Part shown: positions 14,065-21,050 of the stretch, piece after piece | Layout of the letters: every line of letters begins with the position of its first letter | Numbering within the stretch: the first letter of the stretch is position 1 | Assembly (NCBI RefSeq): GCF_000146505.1 | Contig: NC_017448.1 | Location: 1,350,001-1,382,000, forward strand | Length of the DNA: 32,000 bases | DNA from: Fibrobacter succinogenes subsp. succinogenes S85 | Lineage (GTDB): Bacteria > Fibrobacterota > Fibrobacteria > Fibrobacterales > Fibrobacteraceae | Direction: 5' to 3' | The notes under the pieces: generated by a model | Seen by the model: the letters and a program-made list of their open reading frames with translations, nothing else | Told to the model about the DNA's origin: nothing | Databases searched by the model: none | Translations under genes and position numbers: made by a program

Positions 14065-16263
14065 ATGGCTCGCGCACGTAAGACTATTACTCCTGATCCG
14101 TATGCAAAACCGATAGCGAAACCGCTACCGCCTTCCAAGAGCTTGCCTGGAAAACTCAAACAGTTCCAGGCGCCCACTCGTGCGGATTTTGACCTCGTGA
14201 GTCCTTACGGCGCCGCAGGCGACCAACCCAAGGCCATCGAAGAATTGACCGAAGGGTTCAAGAACGGCGAACAGTTCCAGACGCTTCTCGGCGTGACCGG
14301 TTCCGGCAAGACATTCACGATGGCAAACGTCATCAAGAATGTTGGCAAACCAACGCTCATCCTCACACACAACAAGACGCTCGCCGCCCAGCTTTACCAA
14401 GAATTCAAGTCGTTCTTCCCGAACAACGCGGTGGAATACTTCGTGAGCTACTACGACTACTTCCAGCCCGAAGCGTACATTCCACACACGGACACATTCA
14501 TCGAAAAAGATGCAAGCATCAACGACGAAATTGACAAGCTCCGTCTGCGCGCAACGGCCAACCTCCTCACCCGCCGCGATGTCATCATCGTTGCCTCTGT
14601 GAGCTGCATTTACGGTTTGGGTAGCCCGAGCGAATACTTCGACTTGATGGTCCGCATCAAGAAGGGCGACATTTATGACCGCGACAAAATTCTGCGAGAC
14701 CTTGTCCACATCCAGTATTCACGCAACGATTTCAGTCTCGACCGAGGTTCGTTCCGCGTCCGCGGTGACGTGATCGAAGTCCACCCGAGCTACGACGAAG
14801 ACGGCCTCCGCATTGAACTTTTCGGCGACGAAGTCGACCGCCTTTACCGATTCAACATCGTCACGGGCGAAGTCATCAAGGAAGTTGAAGAACTCACCAT
14901 CGCCCCCGCAAAGCACTTTGTCACCAAAGAAGAAAACCGCGCGGGCATGTTGCAACGCATCCAGAAGGAACTCACCGACCGCCTAGCCGAACTCGACAAG
15001 GAAGGCAAGGTTCTTGAATCGGCACGCCTTTCGAGCCGCACCCGCTACGACATGGAAATGTTGCGCGAAACGGGCATGTGCAACGGCATCGAAAACTACT
15101 CCCGCATCATTGAAGACCGCGCTCCAGGCACACGCCCATTCACGCTCATCGACTACTTTGGCGATGACTGGCTCTTGATGATTGACGAATCGCACGTGAG
15201 CATCCCGCAAGTGGGCGGCATGGCCGAAGGCGACAAGTCCCGCAAAACCACGCTCGTGCAATACGGATTCCGCCTCCCCTGCGCTCTCGACAACCGCCCG
15301 ATGAACTTTGCCGAATTCGAGTACATGTACCCGAAGCAAGTGCTTTTTGTGAGCGCCACCCCCGGTGACTACGAACTCAAAAAGACGAACGGCGTTGTCA
15401 CGGAACAAATCAACCGCCCAACCGGGCTTTTGGACCCGAAAATCGAACTGTTCCCGATCCAGGGCCAAATGGACGTGCTCCTGTACCGCATCGAAGAAGT
15501 CGTCAAAAACGGCGACCGTGTGCTAGTCACGACGCTCACCAAGAAGATGGCGCAGGACCTCACGGAATTTTTCATCGAAGCAGGCGTCCGCGCGAAGTAC
15601 CTCCATAGCGACATCAAGACGCTCGAACGCCACGAGCTCATCCGCGGACTGCGTAGCGGCGAATACGACGTGCTCGTGGGCATCAACCTCTTACGCGAAG
15701 GCCTCGACCTCCCCGAAGTGAGCATGGTCGCGATTCTCGATGCCGACAAGGAAGGGTTCCTCCGCAACTACAGGAGCCTCATCCAGACGATGGGCCGCGC
15801 AAGCCGCAACGTGAACGGCACAGTGCTTTTGTTCGCGGACAATATGACAGAAAGTCTGCAAAAGGCTATCGACGAGACGAACCGCCGCCGCGGCCTCCAG
15901 GAAGAATTCAACAAGGAACACGGAATTACCCCGAAGTCCGTCACCCGCAAGATCGAAGAAGACCTGCGAATCATCGACCCCTTGGGCGATATCGGCGACG
16001 ACACCACCGACAGCGAAGATGATTGGAAAGACAAACCGGGTATCCGCCCGATGGAACCGTTGCAGCCCTCTAATTATAGACGAAAGACGAAAGACGAGAG
16101 ACGAAAGAAAGCAGCGGCCCCCGGCGCACCTCCCGACAAACCATCCAAAGCATCCGAGTCCAAGCTCGCCGACCTGGAACGCCAAATGAAAGAAGCGGCA
16201 GCCCGCCTTGACTTTGAAGAAGCCGCTCGAATCCGCGATATTATACGCTCGCTCGACGCGTAG
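14065..16263 (+). CDS. uvrB: Excinuclease ABC subunit B
   Basis: Walker A GVTGSGKT, the DESH box (MIDESHVSIPQ), helicase motifs, and a C-terminal UVR domain (LERQMKEAAARLDFEEAARIRDII). At 732 aa it is longer than typical because of ~40 extra N-terminal residues (alternative TTG at 14143) and a long charged linker. Confidence 0.93.
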   Translation: MARARKTITPDPYAKPIAKPLPPSKSLPGKLKQFQAPTRADFDLVSPYGAAGDQPKAIEELTEGFKNGEQFQTLLGVTGSGKTFTMANVIKNVGKPTLILTHNKTLAAQLYQEFKSFFPNNAVEYFVSYYDYFQPEAYIPHTDTFIEKDASINDEIDKLRLRATANLLTRRDVIIVASVSCIYGLGSPSEYFDLMVRIKKGDIYDRDKILRDLVHIQYSRNDFSLDRGSFRVRGDVIEVHPSYDEDGLRIELFGDEVDRLYRFNIVTGEVIKEVEELTIAPAKHFVTKEENRAGMLQRIQKELTDRLAELDKEGKVLESARLSSRTRYDMEMLRETGMCNGIENYSRIIEDRAPGTRPFTLIDYFGDDWLLMIDESHVSIPQVGGMAEGDKSRKTTLVQYGFRLPCALDNRPMNFAEFEYMYPKQVLFVSATPGDYELKKTNGVVTEQINRPTGLLDPKIELFPIQGQMDVLLYRIEEVVKNGDRVLVTTLTKKMAQDLTEFFIEAGVRAKYLHSDIKTLERHELIRGLRSGEYDVLVGINLLREGLDLPEVSMVAILDADKEGFLRNYRSLIQTMGRASRNVNGTVLLFADNMTESLQKAIDETNRRRGLQEEFNKEHGITPKSVTRKIEEDLRIIDPLGDIGDDTTDSEDDWKDKPGIRPMEPLQPSNYRRKTKDERRKKAAAPGAPPDKPSKASESKLADLERQMKEAAARLDFEEAARIRDIIRSLDA
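16078..16105 (+). repeat. Heptanucleotide tandem repeat AGACGAA x4 (one unit AGACGAG) inside the uvrB linker
   Basis: Read directly from the sequence. It encodes ...YRRKTKDERRKK... The 7-nt period is not a multiple of 3. Confidence 0.8.
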
Positions 16264-16430
16264 TGTATAATTTTGTTTACGAATTCGTTATATTTTTCAT
16301 CACACCAACTAACTCGCAACTTACTCTTTGTAATTTTATTTTTGTATTATTATAAAAAGATAAATACTTGGTACGTTTCAACCAAATTTTGTTTATTTTC
16401 ACTTTAAGATTATAAAAAAAGGGTATTACA

Positions 16431-17477
16431 ATGAGTTCTAAATTTACAGCGCCTCTTATTTTCAGTTCCGCTCTCGCTTTGGGAGCAATGGGTTTTGTCG
16501 CTTGTGGCGATGATTCCAATCCGAGCCTTCCGCCCTCGCCCACCTCTTCTTCGAGCGGCCCAATTGTCATTCCGGAACCAACTGTTGAAACGGCTATTGT
16601 TTTTACCGGCCTTAATGCAGAAGTTGGCAGCAAAAATGTCAAGTTCTATGGAACATTGTCAATTGACTTCGGTGACTCAAACACAGTTGCAGACGTAAGC
16701 GCAGCACGCTTTACCCAAGTCACTTTCAACGTCGTCAAGAAGGGTACTCTAGAGCCGCAAGGTACTGCAGCATTTGCAACACCGATTGACTTTGCAAACT
16801 CCTTTATCCAGACAGTATCGCTCTATGAAACGGGCGTCAAGTCTGACCTCGCTGAAGGCTATACCGAATGTGGTGATTTTGAACTCATCATCACAGCAGT
16901 TGTCGACGACGGCATTACAGAACCTTCCGTCTCTGTTGAAAGAATTCCGTTCACACGCCCGGCCATGTGGTGCCAGGAACCGGAAAGCTCCTCTTCTGAA
17001 GCGCCGGAAGTCACAGGCGCTCCGCTTACAGGTTTTGAAGTCGTAATCAACACCAAAGTTGAAAAGTGCATCAACATAGCCACAAAACAAGCCGCTGAAA
17101 CAGGCGATATCTGTTTTGGCTATGGTGAATCGTCTAACAGATTGTATAGCGATACCGGCGTCAAGTTCGCCCTTTATGCCAACAGAGAATCCGGCAACCC
17201 TGATATATTCTATGGCAAAGTCCTCCGCCCGGAAATAGTCAAGGGCAGTGCAGAAACAACGGACTTCCTTTACAGGGAAAGTGCCTTGCAGGAAACCTAT
17301 CCCAACTTCTACAGTGTCAATGACCAGTTCTTCGTAGGCATCAGGGATACATACGATCCGTACACCAACCCGAACTCCGGTTTCTACGCATTCATCGTAA
17401 CGGACAAGGGTACCAAAATAGACAACGACAGCAACGTAAAAGGCATGAAGGTGTACGTTTACGCAACTGCACAGTAA
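16431..17477 (+). CDS. Hypothetical lipoprotein
   Basis: Signal plus Cys: MSSKFTAPLIFSSALALGAMGFVAC. It has a Pro/Ser linker and an internal SSSSE linker. The upstream region is AT-rich, a strong terminator follows, and I recognise no family. Confidence 0.75.
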   Translation: MSSKFTAPLIFSSALALGAMGFVACGDDSNPSLPPSPTSSSSGPIVIPEPTVETAIVFTGLNAEVGSKNVKFYGTLSIDFGDSNTVADVSAARFTQVTFNVVKKGTLEPQGTAAFATPIDFANSFIQTVSLYETGVKSDLAEGYTECGDFELIITAVVDDGITEPSVSVERIPFTRPAMWCQEPESSSSEAPEVTGAPLTGFEVVINTKVEKCINIATKQAAETGDICFGYGESSNRLYSDTGVKFALYANRESGNPDIFYGKVLRPEIVKGSAETTDFLYRESALQETYPNFYSVNDQFFVGIRDTYDPYTNPNSGFYAFIVTDKGTKIDNDSNVKGMKVYVYATAQ

Positions 17478-17502
17478 TTCAAAAACGAAAACCCTTTAAA
17501 AG

Positions 17503-17527
17503 GACCTCCCCCGTGGAGGTCTTTTTT
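17503..17527 (+). terminator. Intrinsic terminator after the lipoprotein gene
   Basis: GACCTCC (17503-17509) / GGAGGTC (17515-17521) followed by T6. Confidence 0.7.
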
Positions 17528-17557
17528 GTTGTCATTCTTGCACACTTTTCTATATTG

Positions 17558-17806
17558 GCGCTCCTTCGGAGCGCATTTGGCATCTACGATGCCATGCGGC
17601 TGCATCTCGGCCATAGGCAATGTAAACATTGCCTGCGGCACTCAATTTGCACGCATTTAGTACGGCTCGGCAATGGCAAAACAACAAGTTTTTTTGACGT
17701 CTTCGACGTCAGTGGCTACGGCTCGCAAATGCAAAAACAAGTTTTTGCGCATTCTCACCTTGCACACTTTTGCCGCTGCGCTCGCCTTTGACACTCTTCG
17801 AGTGTC
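17558..17806. other. Array of six perfect short hairpins plus direct repeats (non-coding)
   Basis: Hairpins: GCGCTCC-ttcg-GGAGCGC (17558-17575); GGCATC-tac-GATGCC (17579-17593); GGCAATG-taaa-CATTGCC (17616-17633); GACGTC-ttc-GACGTC (17696-17710); GCAAAAAC-aa-GTTTTTGC (17731-17748); GACACTC-ttc-GAGTGTC (17790-17806). Direct repeats: TACGGCTCG..CAAAA.CAAGTTTTT at 17661-17693 and 17717-17746; CTTGCACACTTTT at 17537-17549 and 17759-17771. Confidence 0.55.
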
Positions 17807-17866
17807 TTTTGCTAGGCTCAAAAGTGGGCCTGTAAACAGTCCCGTTTCACTCGCCTTACGCAAAAG

Positions 17867-17883
17867 TTTCTAAATTTGCCTCG
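17867..17883 (+). promoter_or_regulatory. Promoter-like box TTTCTAAATTTGCCTCG upstream of gpmI
   Basis: Contains TAAATTTG, which matches the Bacteroidetes-type -7 consensus TAnnTTTG. It lies 24 nt before the gpmI ATG and is a near-identical copy of the box upstream of cysS. Confidence 0.35.
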
Positions 17884-17906
17884 TAAACATTTTTAATGGA
17901 GTAAAT

Positions 17907-19541
17907 ATGCTCAAGAAACTTTCCAACTTCCCTGGCATCAAGGGCCCGGTCGTCACCATCGTGATGGACGGTTTTGGTATCACCGATAAGGTCGAAGGCA
18001 ACGCCATCAAGGCCGCCCGCACCCCGACTCTCGACAACCTCTTCAAGATGTACCCGAACGTCCTCTTGAAGGCCCACGGCCGCGCCGTCGGTATGCCGAC
18101 CAACGAAGACATGGGTAACTCCGAAGTTGGCCACAATGCTATCGGTGCTGGCCAGGTGTACAACCAGGGTGCAGCCCTCGTTGCAGACGCCATCAACAGC
18201 GGCGACATATTCGATCGCGATGCTTGGAAGGAAATCTCCGGCAACGTTCGTGAAAAGAACACCGTTCTTCACTTCATCGGCCTCTTCAGCGATGGTAACG
18301 TTCACTCCAACATCGCTCACCTTAAGGCCATGGTTGCCCAGGCCAAGAAGGAAGGCGTCAAGAAGGTTCGCGTTCACATCCTCCTCGACGGTCGTGACGT
18401 TCCGGAAACCTCCGCTCTCGATTACGTCGGCCCGTTCGAAAAGTTCCTCGACGAACTCCGCTCTCCGGAATTCGACGTTTGCATCGCTTCTGGCGGTGGC
18501 CGTATGCAGATCACCATGGACCGTTACAACGCTAACTGGAAGATGGTGGAACTCGGCTGGAAGACCCACGTGCTCGGCGAAGGCCGCTACTTCGACAACG
18601 CTACGCAGGCTATTGAAACCCTCCGTGGCGAAACCAAGGCTATTGACCAGGACCTCCCGCCGTTCGTGATTGCTAAGGATGGCGCTCCGGTTGGCACCAT
18701 CAACGATGGCGACTCCGTGGTGTTCTTCAACTTCCGTGGCGACCGCGCCATCGAAATCACCCGCGCCTTCGAAGAAGAATCCTTCAACGAATTTGACCGC
18801 AAGCGCTTCCCGCACGTCTGCTACGCCGGCATGCTCCAGTACGACGGCGACCTCAAGCTCCCGAACCGCTTCCTCGTTCCGCCTCCGGCAATCAAGGAAA
18901 CCAGCGGCGAATGGCTCGCTGAAACGGGCGTGAAGCAGTTCGCTTGCTCCGAAACGCAGAAGTACGGCCACGTGACCTACTTCTGGAATGGTAACCGTTC
19001 CAGCAAGTTTGACGGCGAAACCTACCTCGAAATCGAATCTGACGTTGTTCCGTTCGAACAGCGCCCGTGGATGAAGGCTGCCGAAATCACCGACGCCATG
19101 ATCGAAGCTTTGAAGAGCGGCAAGTACCAGACTCTCCGTTGCAACTTCCCGAACGGCGACATGGTGGGCCATACCGGTTCCTTCCGCGCCGCTACGATGG
19201 CTATCGAAGCTGTGGACATCGGCCTCGCCCGCTTGCTCCCGGTGATTGACGCTCTCGGTGGTGTTGCAATCATCACGGCTGACCACGGTAACGCCGACGA
19301 AATGTACGAAATCGACAAGAAGACCGGCATGCCGAAGGTCAACAAGGACGGCACCTTCAAGGCCAAGACAAGCCACACCCTCAACAAGGTGCCCTGCATC
19401 CTTTACGATAACGTAACGGGTGGCAAGCTCGGCCTCAAGGAAGGCGACTGGGGTCTTTCCAACATCGCAGCAACGACCGCGAACCTCCTCGGCCTCGAAA
19501 AGCACGAGGCTTGGGACGACTCGATGCTCATCATCAAGTAA
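17907..19541 (+). CDS. gpmI: 2,3-bisphosphoglycerate-independent phosphoglycerate mutase (plant/kinetoplastid-like long form)
   Basis: 544 aa. Motifs: MGNSEVGHNAIGAG, GGGRMQITMDRY, YAGMLQYDGDLKLP, FACSETQKYGHVTYFWNGNRS, NGDMVGHTG, ADHGNA. TGGAG RBS. Confidence 0.93.
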   Translation: MLKKLSNFPGIKGPVVTIVMDGFGITDKVEGNAIKAARTPTLDNLFKMYPNVLLKAHGRAVGMPTNEDMGNSEVGHNAIGAGQVYNQGAALVADAINSGDIFDRDAWKEISGNVREKNTVLHFIGLFSDGNVHSNIAHLKAMVAQAKKEGVKKVRVHILLDGRDVPETSALDYVGPFEKFLDELRSPEFDVCIASGGGRMQITMDRYNANWKMVELGWKTHVLGEGRYFDNATQAIETLRGETKAIDQDLPPFVIAKDGAPVGTINDGDSVVFFNFRGDRAIEITRAFEEESFNEFDRKRFPHVCYAGMLQYDGDLKLPNRFLVPPPAIKETSGEWLAETGVKQFACSETQKYGHVTYFWNGNRSSKFDGETYLEIESDVVPFEQRPWMKAAEITDAMIEALKSGKYQTLRCNFPNGDMVGHTGSFRAATMAIEAVDIGLARLLPVIDALGGVAIITADHGNADEMYEIDKKTGMPKVNKDGTFKAKTSHTLNKVPCILYDNVTGGKLGLKEGDWGLSNIAATTANLLGLEKHEAWDDSMLIIK

Positions 19542-19571
19542 TGAGCTTGCGGACAAGCGCCGCGAACCATT

Positions 19572-19602
19572 AAAAAAGGAACCCTTCGGGGTTCCTTTTT
19601 TT
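19572..19602. terminator. Strong (bidirectional-looking) intrinsic terminator after gpmI
   Basis: AAAAAAGGAACCC-ttcg-GGGTTCCTTTTTTT. The GC core stem is 7 bp, extended by A/T pairs, with a T7 tail. Confidence 0.8.
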
Positions 19603-19656
19603 GCATTTTGGCGAAGTCCGATAATGTTGAAAAAAAAAGTTTTCATTCCTTTCAAA

Positions 19657-19671
19657 AAAACTTATCTTTAA
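19657..19671 (+). promoter_or_regulatory. Conserved cassette-upstream 15-mer AAAACTTATCTTTAA (copy 1)
   Basis: Identical 15-mer at 27673-27687 upstream of the second cassette, followed in both by ..AGAAA. It contains TATCTTTA, which is close to TAnnTTTG. Confidence 0.4.
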
Positions 19672-19703
19672 TTCCAGAAACGATGTTGGAATGAGGAATT
19701 AAA

Positions 19704-21029
19704 ATGAGTTTTAATTCTAGAGAGGGTTTTACCCTTATAGAGCTAATGGTCTACATAGCTCTACTTGGTGGTATAGTGCTCTTGGCGGGCCAGGCTTTTA
19801 GCGACAGCACCAAAATGCGTGTCCGTACGCAGAGCATGCTGCAAGCCAACCAGACCGCGGGTAACGTAGGCACGATCCTCAAAGAGGACATCGCACAGCT
19901 TGGCGCCAAAAGCTCAAAAGAAGCTGGCGGCGGAACCATGGACGTATTCAACACCGACCATATTCACGACGTTTACATGGATCCCGATGCTACAGAAGAT
20001 GCAGACAAGGATTCATCTTCATTCACAATCGTAAAAAACGACGACGGAGACGGCAGGGACAAAATCACCATGCGCCGTCTGCGCTATTCCGATGCAGGCG
20101 CCTACCAGGCCGTCGAAGAAGTGACCTGGTTCCTTGAAGACCGCGTCCTTAAGAGATCTTGCAAAAGCACAAGCGCCCTGGTCGAAGATGCAGAATGCCC
20201 ATCGGAAAACGCTAGCGTGGTTACAATCGCAGAACACGTGGACAAGTTCTCGCTCACGCCCGCGAAGCCCACTACAGAAGTGGCCTCCGTCAGCGTACTC
20301 CCCTCATCCAGCGAATCAGACAAGAACTTTAAACTGGTTTCCCGTTTTGGCGATGAAAACTTCGAGCCCGTAACGATTGCCCCCGAAGAAGGCGGCACGT
20401 CTATTAAGCTTTCGGGCTTTTCCATGAATTACAACTTTACCACTAGCGAACCGATTAGCAATCCGGACATGATCAAGGCGAACCAGGTTTTCGTTTCCAG
20501 TCTCGGAAGCAGCTTGAGTTCCTGGGGAGCCCAGTGCATCCAGGTCACCTTAAGTCCCTATATTGAATACGAAATATCCTTTTCCATGCCCTATTCCGCA
20601 ACGGATGACCCCAGCAGAATGTTCTGCCCAGGCAGGGACCACATGGCTGTAGGCTTCAGGTATGCCGAGAACGGCAACAAACTCGACGGACTGAGCGATT
20701 TTCAGTTCTACCCACCAACCGTCGGCGATGAGCGCGACACGGGGCTCCGCAAGATGCGCTTTACGACAAACACGACTTATGAAAACGTCTGTCTAGGATT
20801 CACTTTCGTCAGTTTCTCTCCTGTAGCCTCTTCAGGGAACATCACCATTTCAAACGTCAGGCTCCGAAAGGTTCCAAGTTCAAACTATACGTTCACGGAC
20901 GAGGCTATCGCAACAGCCGACAAGAAAAACGTAAAAGCCATCAAGCTGGAGCTATCCATCAACAAGAATGGCGAAGCCGGAGCCGAGACAGCGATTATAT
21001 CAATCCCAAGCAACGGCCCAAGAGATTAA
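19704..21029 (+). CDS. Large prepilin-type N-terminal cleavage/methylation domain protein (PilW/GspJ-like minor pilin candidate), P1
   Basis: MSFNSREG|FTLIELMVYIALLGGIVLLAGQAF class-III signal with Glu at +5. TGAGGA RBS. 441 aa. It is a paralog of 27755-29176 and shares the C-terminal ...PSNGPRD. Confidence 0.85.
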   Translation: MSFNSREGFTLIELMVYIALLGGIVLLAGQAFSDSTKMRVRTQSMLQANQTAGNVGTILKEDIAQLGAKSSKEAGGGTMDVFNTDHIHDVYMDPDATEDADKDSSSFTIVKNDDGDGRDKITMRRLRYSDAGAYQAVEEVTWFLEDRVLKRSCKSTSALVEDAECPSENASVVTIAEHVDKFSLTPAKPTTEVASVSVLPSSSESDKNFKLVSRFGDENFEPVTIAPEEGGTSIKLSGFSMNYNFTTSEPISNPDMIKANQVFVSSLGSSLSSWGAQCIQVTLSPYIEYEISFSMPYSATDDPSRMFCPGRDHMAVGFRYAENGNKLDGLSDFQFYPPTVGDERDTGLRKMRFTTNTTYENVCLGFTFVSFSPVASSGNITISNVRLRKVPSSNYTFTDEAIATADKKNVKAIKLELSINKNGEAGAETAIISIPSNGPRD

Positions 21030-21050
21030 AAAAAATTGAGGAGTGTGGTT

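Noticed and set aside
17558-17806. Possibility that the hairpin array is a CRISPR array
   Set aside because: The palindromes all differ in sequence, are only 13-18 nt long and are irregularly spaced. There is no constant repeat, no leader and no cas genes.
17513-17873. Track ORFs (92, 68 and 66 aa) in the spacer upstream of gpmI
   Set aside because: The reasoning is the same. They are built from palindromes and direct repeats, and both strands appear 'open', as expected for hairpin DNA.
13727-17906. tRNA, tmRNA, RNase P, SRP or 6S RNA in the large intergenic spacers
   Set aside because: I looked for a T-loop GGTTCGAATCC-type box, a tmRNA 3' end, and the RNase P GGAAAGTCCGGGC-type core, and found none. 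I cannot exclude a novel ncRNA; see the findings.
17856-19655. 599-aa ORF on the minus strand, the longest unexplained ORF in the track
   Set aside because: It lies exactly antisense to gpmI, which has unmistakable iPGM motifs. Its translation is Val/Ala/Gly/Glu-rich low-information sequence, typical of a shadow ORF opposite a GC3-biased gene.
19630-19660. A9 and A7 homopolymer tracts upstream of P1 as a phase-variation switch
   Set aside because: They are not conserved in the second cassette and are relatively short. Without read-level length heterogeneity there is no support, so they are mentioned only as context.
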